Source: the human T2T-CHM13v2.0 reference genome, Homo sapiens
DNA: 64,000 bases
Assembly (NCBI RefSeq): GCF_009914755.1
Contig: NC_060931.1
Strand: one strand, 5' to 3'
A program made the position numbers and the translations under genes. The stretch's first letter is position 1. Each line of letters starts with the position of its first letter. Positions 1 to 12,200 of the stretch are shown here, in pieces. The notes beneath the pieces are model-generated. The model was not told where the DNA came from and searched no databases. It was given only the letters and a program-made list of their open reading frames with translations.

Positions 1-715
1 TTTTTAGAATTAATAAGCATAAGGTTCCTGAATACAGAAGCAATATCCCAAATTCATTTGTATTACTCTATATCAGGACCAAGTGGAAAATTTTAGAGAG
101 ATTATTGCATTTACAAAAGCCATAAACAATATAAAGGATCTAGAAATAAATCTAACAAAAGACATTTAAGGACATTGGGGAAAATATAAACATTTGTTCA
201 AAATATTATAGAAGATGTAAATAAATCAAGACATGACTATGCTAGTGAGATGTGAGACTCAATAGCATGTCAGTTCTCTTGTGTTCTTGTGTGTAAATTG
301 CCAAGTTAATTCTAAAGTATTTATAGGAAGAAAAAGGGTAAGTTTAGTGTAAGACTCTTTTGTAGACTTTTCTGGTATATCAAAACCTGTATAAGGCTAA
401 ATGAAGAGACATGACACATTCCTGGATAGGATGCCTTAGTATAATAAAGATGTCTATTTTCCACAAATGCACACAAAAATTTTACATGGTTTCAGTCAAA
501 ACCCAAATTGGGATTTTTGAAAAACTTAATGAAATGGTTCTAAAATTTATCTGAAAGAGACAAAATGTCTGAAAGGCAAAGGAAGTTACATAAAAGCATA
601 TACAAGGAACATACGCCATCTGATCACAAAATTTATGATGAAGTTACAATATTTTGTGTTGTAATTCTACTACTGCAGACATCCTAAAGTACTGAATATA
701 TAGTTCATAAATAGA
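1..715 (+). mobile_element. Old L1M ORF2 fragments
   Basis: A-rich sequence resembling L1M ORF2 (ctagaaataaatctaacaaaaga; cattcctggataggatg...ataaagatgtc). Confidence 0.6.
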
Positions 716-719
716 CTCT

Positions 720-3175
720 CATTTTTAATGTAGCCACCCCTGCTGTCTTTTGATTATTATCTGCATAGAATATCTTTTCCCACTCTTTTGCTTTTAACCT
801 ATGTGTGTCTTAGTTTGAAAGTGAGTCTCTGTAGACGCATATAGTTGGATCTTGATGTTGCTTTTTTAAAAGATCCATTCTGCCAATCTGTTTTTGGACG
901 GAGGAGTTTAATCCATTTACATTTAAAGTAATTCCTGATAGGGAAGGGCTTACGATTTTCATTCTGTTGTTTGTTTTCTGTTATACTTTTTACCCCTTGT
1001 TGCTTCCATTATCCCCTTTGTGTTTAGTTGTGTTTTTTTGGTGACACTTTGATTCCTTTCTCATTTTTTGTGTATATTCTATAGATATTTTTCTTTGTGA
1101 TTACCATGCTGATTACGTATAACATCCTAAGTTATAACAATCTACTTTAAACTGATACCATTTTAACTTGAATCACATACAAAACCTTACTCCTTTACAT
1201 CTTCACTCCCTGTATGTTATTGATGTCACAAGTTACACATTTATATATTGTGTACCCAATAACACAAATTTATACTTTTTATGCTAATATGGTTTGGCTC
1301 TGTGTCCTCATGCAAATCTCAAGTCAAATTGTAATCCCCACGTGTCAGGAGAGGGACCTGGTAAATCATGGCGGTGGATTTAATATGCTGTTTTCATGAT
1401 AGTGAGTGAGTTTTCATGAGATCTGATGGTTTAAAAGTATACACTTCCTCCTTTGTTGTCTCTCTCCTGCTGGCTTGTGAAGAAGGTGCTTGCTTCTCCT
1501 TCACCTTCTGCCATAATTATGTTTCCTGATGCCTCCCCAGCCATGTGGAGCTGAATCAGTTAAACCTCTTTTCTTTATAAATTACCCAGCCTCAGGTAGT
1601 TCTTTAAGGCAGTGTGAAAACGGACTGACACATGTGCTTTTGTCTTTTAAATCTTGTGGAAGAATAAAAAGTGGAGTTATATGCCAAAATTATGATAATA
1701 TTGGTTCTTATATTTGTTCATGTGGCTACTTATGATGGAGAGCATTAAATTTTTATGTGGCTTTGAGTAACTCTCTAGTGTCCTTTCATTTCAACTTGAA
1801 GGACTCCCTTTAGCATTTCTTGAGGGCAGATCTATTGGCAATAAACTCCCTCAGTTATTATTTATCTTAATGTCTTAATTTTTCCCTCATTTCTGAGGGA
1901 CAATTTTGTCAGATGTAGGATTCTCAGTTGACAGGTTTTTCTTTTTTCAGTACTTTAAATATATCATTCAACTGCCTTCTGTCCTGCAAAGTTTCTGCTG
2001 TGACATCCATTGATAATCTTATTAAGGATCCCTTGCACACGACATGTTTTTTTTTTATTGTTGCTTTTAAGATTATCTCCTTGTCTTTAGCTTTTGACAG
2101 TTTGACTATAACATATCTGAATGTGGGTCTCTTTAGGTTTATTTTACTTGGTGATCACGGAGCTTCTTGGAGTTCCTCAAACTTGGAAATAGTTTGACCC
2201 TTATTTCTTCAAATAAGTTATCTTCCCCCTTTTCTCTCTCTTCTCCTTCTTTTCCATGTTAGCTCTTTAAGTATATTTAAAGTCTTTATCTAGTAAATCT
2301 GATGCCTATGTTTCTTCATGAGTGATTTCTGAAGATTTATTTTATTTCTTAAAATGGACCATATTTTCCTATTACTTTGTATGTCTTGTGATCTTTTGTT
2401 AAAAATTAAGAATTTGAAAAAACAGCCACCTGTCCCAGTGTTTGCAGACAGGCTTCATGCAGGGGAAGACCTTCAACAGTTAGCAGGGTGTATTCTGAGC
2501 CTTGAGAATAGCTCCATATGGAGGGTTCAGGTCTTCTCAGTGCTGTTCTGGGAGTGTGTCTTCCCTGGGCCTGTGTGTGTGTGTTTTATTTCCAAATTAC
2601 CTGTATAAATAGACGCTTTTAAATCTCTTAATTCCCGTAGAGTCTCGTTTCACCTCTTCTTGGGACCTAAGCTGTTCTATTGTATCCCTCCATGAGTAAT
2701 CTCTTGCCCCAGACACCGGGTGGTCTGTGGTGTTCTTGTGGTTTTGCACAAGCCATGCCCACTGCTTCCCAGGGATTCTCCTCACCTGAGATCCAAGGTG
2801 CACCACTTGTGTTTATCTGAGCTCAGAGGTCCATCAGGCAGCCCCAGAGAGATTAGAGTGTTGTAAATTAGGTCCTTTCTGCTCTCTCCAACTCATGGAA
2901 GGGAACTTAGGACCAGGCCACTGTTTGCTCCAAATCATATAGCATCAGGAATGTGGTGAGATAAAGCAAGTAAAAACAACACAAATTTTACCACCATTCT
3001 GATTGTGGCTCTTCCTTGATGGGGTGTTTGCTTGGTTGCCTTAGATGTTTGGCAGATTTCCAGAGTTCATTTACTGTTAATTTGGACAGTCTCTAAATGT
3101 TCATGTAATATTTCTCTGGGGAAATGAGGGCCTGGAGCTTCCTAGTCTGCCTTCCTGCTGACATCACTCCACTAG
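720..3175 (-). mobile_element. L1M 5' portion (5'UTR/ORF1/start of ORF2), antisense, interrupted by an MST LTR
   Basis: T-rich antisense L1M motifs (agccacccctgct...ttttaacctatgtgtgtctt...gaaagtgagtctctgtagac; gaaggactccctttagcatttcttg). Confidence 0.7.
1285..1632 (+). mobile_element. MaLR solo LTR (MSTA/THE1-like)
   Basis: Starts taatatggtttggctctgtgtcc, ends gtgaaaacggactgacaca; flanks tatgc/tgtgc are a degenerate 5-bp TSD. Confidence 0.85.
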
Positions 3176-3244
3176 ACACTGTTTATTATATTGAGTTAGC
3201 ATATGGTTAAAAAATCACTTTTAAAACATGGAAAATTACATATT

Positions 3245-3480
3245 TACCCATTCATTCAACTTTAATTTCTTGAATACTTGGAAAGTTCCAGGTACTGCTC
3301 TAGATAATAGAGACCCAGTAATGAATACAACAGACATTTTTGAAAATCCCTGTATTTGTAAAGATTACATTTTAGAGGACAAATATAAAAATTTTAAAAA
3401 TAAGTAAATGATATCAGAATGCAGTAAGTACACTGGAGAAAAATCAAATAGAGAAGGAAAATGGGAGAGTGTACAATTTT
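3245..3480 (-). mobile_element. L2 3'-end fragment
   Basis: cattcattcaac...caggtactgctctagat...gtaatgaatacaacagac matches the antisense L2 tail. Confidence 0.5.
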
Positions 3481-3505
3481 TACAAAAGATGTGGAAGGTT
3501 GGTCT

Positions 3506-3980
3506 CACCCTATACCCAGTACCTATGTTCCAAGTTCTGACCCTATATCCACTACCAATACTCTAAGATTCTGACCATATACCCAGCACCTATGCTCCAA
3601 GATTCTGACTCTATACTCACTTTCTGTGCTCCAAGATTCCGACCCTATACCCAGTACCTATGCGCCAAGATTCTGATCCTATACCCAGTACCTATTCTCC
3701 AAGATTCTGACCCTATACCCATTACCAATTCTCCAAGATTCTGACCCTATACCCAGTACCTATGCTCCAAGATTCTGACTCTATACTCACTTTCTGTGCT
3801 ACAAGATTCTGACCCTATACCCAGTACCTATTCTCCAAGATTCTGACCCTATACCCAGTACCTATTCTCCAAGATTCTGACCCTATATCCAGTACCTATG
3901 CACCAAGATTCTGACCCTATACCCAGTACCTATTCTCCAAGATTCTGACCCTATATCCAGTACCTATGCACCAAGATTCT
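3506..3980. repeat. 34-bp minisatellite, 14 units (gaccctatacccagtacctatKctccaagattct)
   Basis: Units start at 3506, 3539, 3573, 3607 ... 3947 with period 34. Confidence 0.97.
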
Positions 3981-4029
3981 GACACTGTACCATTACATAT
4001 CCTCTGTGCAACAGTGCAAAGATTAAACT

Positions 4030-4230
4030 CCTTACTCTGAATCCCAGATCTGCCACTCTGCAGCTGAACAATTTCAGACAGTTCTCTTATTCTCACACAT
4101 CAATTTCTTTGTTTGTAAAGTGGAAGTTATAAAAGTACTTACTCATGAGAACTAAATAAGTTATCAGATGCAAAGCCCTTAGAACACTGCCTGTCACATT
4201 CAAAGTTCTAAGCAGGTGTCCACTGAAGCT
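4030..4230 (+). mobile_element. MIR fragment
   Basis: tgaatcccagatctgccact...tttctttgtttgtaaagtgg...aaagcccttagaacactgcctg. Confidence 0.6.
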
Positions 4231-4521
4231 GTATTATCGTCCCCTAAGTTCTACTGATACTGTTCAGGAGGCTGAGATGTTGGGAATAAGGAGGATAAGG
4301 GGCATGAGTTTTATCTCCAGGTAATATAATTAATGTTTACCATGGGGGTTTCTATAAGCTCAAAAGATTATGAATTTCTTTTTATATTATTCACTCTAGC
4401 TTGTATTTTTATAGTAATATTTTTCCTAGAACATAAAACAAAATTGGAAGCTATGCATGTAATAAATACTTATACCTAATAAAAATGCAAAATATTTTGT
4501 ATGAATAAAAAATAAACTAAT

Positions 4522-5010
<489 letters not shown>

Positions 5011-5029
5011 GTCAAAGATGGGACTCTTT

Positions 5030-5110
5030 GAGAGAAAGAGAGAGAAGGAGGAGGAGGAAGAGGTGGAGAGGGAAGGAAGAAAGGAGGAAAGCAGGAAGGG
5101 AAGAAGAAAT
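5030..5110. repeat. Purine-rich (GA) low-complexity tract
   Basis: About 80 nt, almost all G/A on the + strand. Confidence 0.75.
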
Positions 5111-5559
5111 AGAGCTCCTGGAAAAGGAACAAAATCAGAATTATCTGATGGGGCAAAAAGATTCTACTTGTTGAATACAGGTGATGTTCGCCATGTGGTT
5201 TGCTTGTGTGCACAGCACCAACAGGCATCCATTTCTGCAGCACTGGCCACCTGCAGTGAAGCACTGTCTCTAGGGACTGCAGGAGAGTAATCAGATGGCT
5301 CCTGAGGTTACTTCCCTTAGACGGTATTCACGGAGAAAAGTAAGTCCCTAATGTGGGGCCAGACACATCAGATGTAGAAAAGGCATTTGTTGAAATTTAA
5401 CACCCGTTATTTTTTAAAACATACTTTAAAAATCTCCAATTTTCTATACAGTCTTACAAATCCTAATTTTACTCATTTTTCCAGCTCCAATCCAGTCTAA
5501 AATTCTTTTTGAATCTTTTTCTTGAAATCTGGCTTTAGATATTGCAAACCCTAATATAC

Positions 5560-6180
5560 TGCTACATGTGACCATTTCAGTTTTGCCCTGACCCCTACTA
5601 CGTGGAGCTCACTGCCAGGGAGTGCTCCTTGCTCCTAGGGCATGGCCTTTCTGGGTCTCAACTAGATTCTCACAGTGTTAACAAGTTTCTCCAATCTGGC
5701 TGGGACCAAATTACCATGTCTCTGCAGCATTTGGTGAGCTCTTAATTCTCTGTTCAATGTCAGCCTCTCCTGGCTGTTTTCTCAGAGGATTTTCAGACTC
5801 TTTTCTTATGCACCTGCTGCTTAGAGTAAGCCAAGTGTATGGGGACATGTTTTACACAGACTTTTGGGCCCACTTTTCTGCAGCTTCCTACTCTTAAATT
5901 CCTGTCACCTTAGCATTCTTGAATTTCAGTCTTTGCTTCCTTTGCCCAGAGAGACTACTGGTCTCTACTTGGACCCCATTTCCCTGTGCTGAGATTTAGA
6001 AGGAGAAAGCTGGGATGAATGTGAGGCCCATGTGTGCACCCTCTTCTCTTGAGGATCGTAGCCCTGCATTTGTTGTCGAATGCTTGGCAAGAGTTGTTTT
6101 GCACATTTTGCTCAGCTTTTATGTTTGTTTATGGCAGGAGGATTAGTCCAATATCCACTAAACCATCACAAACAGAATAT
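5560..6180 (-). mobile_element. Old L1M/HAL1-type 5' region
   Basis: ttttgctcagcttttatgtttgtttatggcaggagg motif resembles antisense old L1 5' ends. Confidence 0.4.
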
Positions 6181-6666
6181 GAAGTGGTACTTTTTTATAG
6201 TGTAGAGGATGTTATATTTAAATAATTAAAATCCTAGGGTGATATTTTGTCTCCTAGCACGTATTTTGCTCTGACAGGTGCCAAGAGCCATAATAATTCA
6301 GTTTCAGGGGTTGAGTTGATTCACAGTTAGGTGTTGGTTACCACATCAGTCTGCATCTACTTCCAGTTACCCTGTTCCAGCAGGATTTCTGGTTTTCCAA
6401 CCCAAAGTATGAGGCTCCTGAAGCACCACCCCCTGCTGGTCCCTGGATGCCAACATTTTCCCTGTAGCCCAGGAAGCTGTCAATGTTTCATCCAGGACAA
6501 GAGAGGCTGCAAGCACTGGGTGACTTCTCTCCATCTCTGTCTTCTTAGGAAGCATGAGCCTGGGGCTCCTCAGTGTCCTCGGCATCCTGAGGCTTCGTGC
6601 AGACACAGACATCTGTCCAGTGCTTCTACTTGACTTCAACCCGAGGGTTGGCCCAATTATCTATAC

Positions 6667-6884
6667 CAGGGGTCAGCATACTCTTTTTGCAAAGGGCCAG
6701 ATAGTAAACATTTTAAGATGTGTGGAGAATTCAGGCTCCATCAACCCCTCCCTTCTGCTGTTGGAGTGCAAAAGCAGCCATAGGTGATATGTGTGAGCGA
6801 GCACGGCTGTGTCCCAATGAGTCTTTGTCTGCACACCAGTCATCAGGCCAGCTTTGGGCTGTGGGCCACAGTTTGCCAACCCTG
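6667..6884 (+). mobile_element. MER58A (hAT-Charlie non-autonomous DNA transposon)
   Basis: TIRs caggggtcagca ... tttgccaaccctg; internal aaagggccagatagtaaa and aaagcagccatag; flanks atctatac/atctaggt. Confidence 0.9.
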
Positions 6885-8143
6885 ATCTAGGTTGTTTCCA
6901 AGGCCTTACTTTTCATCTTGTCATGTTTTTTGATAAGGTTTCCTCACATATGAATTCCTGGAAGAACGAACCAAGCTATACATTTCTTGGTATCATCCTC
7001 TAGCTAAGCATCAAGCTGGGCACAAGTTGTGTTTAATAAGTGCTATTAAATACTAAGGGAGAAAGGATGGTTGCAAGGGGGCACTGTCTAGTTTCCAGTG
7101 GAGTCTGGACTGAGAAAAGTGTTGTATATGGGAAATTGTAGCTGAGAATTTTCAAGGAAAGATGTTTTTCAAATTTCTTGAAAGATCAGGAATTAGAACT
7201 TCTCAAAGAGGAGAGTAATTTTGTGTTTTAGCTTTTACTAAATTACCTATAAGAGGAAAGAGTAGGCATTAAAATATATTACAAAGGTTGTCATCTTTCA
7301 AGTTTTTGAACACATATATTCAGCTATGTTCCTTCAGTTGTTTGAAGTTTATTGTTTCTAGGAGTTATCTTGATTTTTCCCTAAGCATCCAATAATTTCA
7401 TCTTAAATCACGACATCAACTACATTTCTAAAGACCGGAATGCTTTCAGAATTACTTTATATGCATGAAGAATGGTTCTACCTCTTTTCTTAGATAAACT
7501 CAGTGATAATAAACACTGAAAAAGCCTTCAGAATAAAAACTGAAAAAAAAAAGATACAGTAAGCCCTTCTTGTGAAGTAAAAGAGCATTAATATGAGACA
7601 TTTAAAAACGGGCCAGATAAAGTAGGTAAAATTGCTATGTCCCTGAATTTAAAAAAAACTGAAAGTAAACTGACCCTCTAAAACTCAAGAAAACTAGAAG
7701 ACAACAAATATAAATCAATTTAAATAAGAAGAAAAATGTGACAAATGTAAACAATCAGGAAATTAGTTAACAACAAGAAAAATAGAATTGTTGAATCAAA
7801 CCAAGAACTGGTATTTCAGAAGACAAATCTTTCAGAAATCTCACCAAGAAAAATAGAGAAACCATAAACATCAAGAATGAGATGAGAGATTGCACACAGA
7901 TATGAATGGAATGAAAGAAATTATAAGTTTGGGGGCAGAAAAGTGGTAAGTCAAGAGGAAATAGGTGATTTTCTAGGAAAAAAATAAGTTATCAAAATTG
8001 ATTTAAGAAGAGGTAAACACATGAGTAAACTTCTAATGACTAAAGTTATTCAAACAGCCATTACCAAAAAGGAACAAAGGAAACATGGTTTTAAAAGACA
8101 AATCTTTTGTAGTCTTCAAGTAATACTTAGTTCTTATACATTG

Positions 8144-8550
8144 TACTATGGTTTGAATGTGTTCCCTCCAAAATTCAGGTATTGATACTTGACGGCCAAA
8201 GTAAAGATATTAAGAGGTGGGGTCTTTAAGAGGTGATTAGGTCATGAGGGCTCCACCTTTCCTGAATGAAATTAGGCCGCCTTATAAAAGGGCTTCATGG
8301 AGGGAATCTGTTTTGCTTGCCCTTCTGTTTTCTGCAATGTGAAGATACAGTGTTCCTCCCCTCTAGAGGGGATACAGCAACAAGGTGCCATCTTGGAAAC
8401 AGAGAGCAGCCCTCACCAGACAACTGAATCTGTTGGTGCCTTGATGTTGGACTTCCCAGCCTCCTAAACTGTGAAAAAATACATTTCTGCTCTTTACAAA
8501 TTTGCCAGTCTGTGATATTCTGTGATAGCAGCACAAAATTGACTAAGACA
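8144..8550 (+). mobile_element. MaLR solo LTR (MSTD/MLT1A-like)
   Basis: tactatggtttgaatgtgttccctccaaaattca ... tagcagcacaaaattgactaagaca. Confidence 0.85.
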
Positions 8551-8844
8551 ATATGTAAATATATAATATAGTTCAATATTAGTCTAGGTTCTAAGGTTTA
8601 GAATAGTACTTAACAAATTTAACAAGAAAGGTACAAGATCTATATAAGGAAGATGAAAAAACTATTAAGGCAAAATAGGATCTGAATAAATGGAGACACC
8701 ACTTATCTGCTTGGGGAAGTATGTATATATGTTCATTCTCTTGAGAGAACATATACATTTTAATGCAAAAATACATTGTTTCTTTTTAAAAAAATTAAGC
8801 TCATCTGGAAGAATAACTAAATTTAAAATGCCAATTTTTCCCCC

Positions 8845-9115
8845 TTTTTACAGGGTCTCTTTCTGTTGTTCAGGCTGGAGAGCAGTTGTGTGAACATGGC
8901 TCACTATAGCCTCAACCCCCTGTGCTCAAGTGATCCTCCAGCCTCAGACTTCTGAGTAGCTGGGACCACTAGCATGTGTCACCATGTTCAGCTAATTTTA
9001 AAATATTTTGTAGAGATGAGGTCTCACCATGTTGCCCAGGTAGGTTTCCTGGGCTCAAGCTCTATCCTCCTCTATCCTCCTGCCTCAGCCTTCCAAAGAT
9101 TATAGGCACCTGACC
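8845..9115 (-). mobile_element. AluJ, antisense, diverged
   Basis: acagggtctc...caggctggag...catggctcact...ctcaagtgatcctcc. Confidence 0.9.
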
Positions 9116-9287
9116 CCCAAAAAAATTTTTAATAAGGCAATTAAGACTCCATAAATATCAGAACATAGTATAAAGTTACAGTGATTCAAACAGCATGATA
9201 TTTGTTCAAGAACAAACAGACTGGGAGATAGAATTAGGTCCCCAAACAGACCCATGTACCTATAGGTACTTAGAATCTGAGTAAGGT

Positions 9288-12200
9288 AGGGGCAGGGCTA
9301 AAAAGACCAACTAGAAACAGCAGCTATCAGAGGCTTCCATCATAAAGAACCGTAATTAGCATGTGAATCCTTCACCAGCAACCAAGGTATCCAGGTCTTC
9401 TCATCAGAACTGACTAGGCGGCTGACATGATCCACAGCAAGGAAGGAAAAGCAGTGTGGTGCAACGGCCCAACTGAGAGCTGCACAGGACAGGGGAGCCC
9501 CCACCTGCCAGCCAAGGGAGACAGTGAGTGAGCATGCTACCCAACTGGGGAAAACGTCCTTTTTCCATGGAATTGTGCAACCCATGAATCAGAAGATCCC
9601 ACTTGTGAACCCACGCCACCAGGGCCTAGGGTCCCAACCCAGGAGCCACGCAGATTCTCAACAGCCTCTCAACTGGAATCTGCCTAAGTCTGCTGAGCTC
9701 CCAGGGGAAGAGGTGACCAGCACCACAGCTGTGGCTACCTACTGCCTAAGCCATTTGAGCTCCTGTGGGAGGGGCAGCAGCCAGCACTGGGACTCATAAC
9801 TGCCTAACATGCTAAGCTCCCTAGGTGGGGGAAGAGTGGCATCCATCTCTATAGTTCCAGGCCATGCTTTTCCCATGCTGGAGCCAGAGATGCTGGATGG
9901 CTTGGTCCCCAAGAGATGTCCTCCACAGCCCAGCACACTGGCTGTTGCAGACTGTGGCCAGAGCACCTCTTCAGGCCTGACCCTGACACATCCCTCCTCA
10001 CTGGGTGGGGCTTCCCTGCAGGAACTCCAATAACTCCAACCAGAGGCTCAGGGACAGAACCCAAATCTCCATGGGCCTGAGCCCCTAGGGGAGGGGTGGC
10101 CGCAGTCTCTGCGGACCAGCAGACTTAACCTTTCTTTCTGTAGTTCTGAGGAATCCGGGCAGCCCAGATGAGTGGATTTCCCCTCAGTGAAGCACACCCT
10201 CTCCACCAAGAGACAATCGAAGTGCTTCATTAAACAGGTTCTGTTCCCTGTACCACCCAACTGGGTGAGACCCTCCAACAGGGGTTGTCAGATACCTTAT
10301 ACAGAAGCAATCCTACTGGCATCAGATTGGTGCCCCTCGAGGTCAGAGATCCTAGAAGAAGGAGCAAGCACCCATCTTTGCTGTTCTCCAGTCTTCTTGA
10401 GTGACAGCTCAGGTGCAGGAGCAAACCAGATGAATAGGGCCTCAAGTGAATCCCTAGCAAACCACAGCAGCCCTACAGAAAGGGGACCAGACCATTGAAA
10501 GAAAAACAAACAGAAAGCAACAACAGCATCATCAACAACAAAATGTCCCCACAAAAGCCCATCCAAGGGTCAGCAGCCTCAAATATCGGAACTAGACAAA
10601 CTCATGAAGATGAGAAAGAATCAACAAAAAAACACCTGAAAACCCAAAAGGCCAGAGTACCTCTTCTCCTCCAAATGATTGCAATGCCTCTCCAGCAAGG
10701 GCAAAGAACTGGACAGAGGATGAGATGGATGAATTGACAGAAGTAGGCTTCAGAAGATGGGTAATAAAAAACTCCACTGAGCTAAAGGAGCATGTTCTAA
10801 CCCAATTCAAAGAAACTAAGAAACTTGATAAAAGGTTAGAGGAGCTTCTAACTAGAAGAACCAGTTTAGAGAGGAACAGAAATGAACTGATAGAGCTGAA
10901 AAACATAGCACGAGAACTTCGTGAAGCATACACAAATATCAATAGCCGAATCTACCAAGCAGAAGAAAGGATGTCAGAGTTTGAAGACCACCCTACTGAA
11001 ATAAGACATGCAGACAAGATTAGAGAAAAAAGAATGAAAAGGAATGAACAAAGACCCCAATATGGGACTTCATAAAAAGACTGAACCTACAATTGATTGG
11101 AGTACCAGAAGGAGACAGGGAGAATGGAAATGAGCTGGAAAACACATTTCAGGATATTATCCGGAGAACTTTCCCACCCTAGCAAGACAGGCCAACATGC
11201 AAATTGAGGAAATACAGAGAACACCACTAAGATATTCCATGAGAAGATCAACCCCAAGACACACAATCTTCAGATTCTCCAAAGTTGAAATGAGAAAAAA
11301 ATGTTAAAGGCAGCCAGAGAGAAAAGCCAGATCACCTGCAAAGGGAAGCCCATCGGACTAACAGCAGACCTCTCAGCAGAAAACTACAAGCCAGAAGAGA
11401 CTGGGGGCAAATGTTCAACATTCTTAAAGAAAATAATTTTTAACCCAGAATTTCATATCCAGCCAAACTAAGTTTCATATGCAAAGGAGAAATAAAATCC
11501 TTTCCAGACAAGCAAATGCTGAGGGATTTTCTTACCACCAGGCCTGCCTTGCAAGAGCTCCTGAAAGAAGCACTAAATATGGAAAGGAAAAACTGGTACC
11601 AGCCACTGCAAAGACACACCAAAATATAAAGACCAATGACACTATGAAGAAACTGCATCAACTAGTGAGCAAAATAACCTGATAGCAACATGATGATAGG
11701 ATCAAATTCACACATAACAATACTAACCTTAAATGTAAATGGGCTAAATGCCCCAATTAAAAGGCACAGACTAGCACATTGGATAAGGAGTCAAGACCCA
11801 TTTGTGGGCTGTATTCAGGAGACCCATCTCATATGCAAAGACACACATAGGCTCAAAATAAAGGGATGGAGGAAAATGTACCAAGCAAATGGAAAGCAAA
11901 AAAAAAAAAAAAAAAACAAGAAAGAAAAAAAGAAAAAGAAAAAGCAGGAGTTGCAGCCCTAGTCTCTAACAAAAGAGACTTTAAACCAACAAAGATTGAA
12001 AAAGACAAAGAAACACATTACATAATGGTAAAGGGATCAATGCAACAAGAAGAGCTATTTTAAATATACATGCACCCAATACAGGAGCACCCAGATTCAT
12101 AAAACAAGCTCTTTGAAACCTACGAACAGACTTAGACTCACACACAACAGTAGCGGGAGACTTTAACACCTCACTGTCAATATTAGACAGATCAATGAGA

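Larger units (their letters stand above)
7480..9285 (+). mobile_element. Old L1M ORF2 segment, interrupted by an LTR and an AluJ
   Basis: Degenerate ORF2 motifs (aaagccttcagaataaaa; aaatttaacaagaaaggtacaagatctatata; acagtgattcaaacagcatgata). Confidence 0.7.

Noticed and set aside
3506-3980. CRISPR-like periodicity
   Set aside because: Head-to-tail units with no unique spacers, in a eukaryotic context.
11898-11943. Poly-Lys stretch in the L1 endonuclease ORF
   Set aside because: A-tract expansion at a naturally A-rich L1 site.
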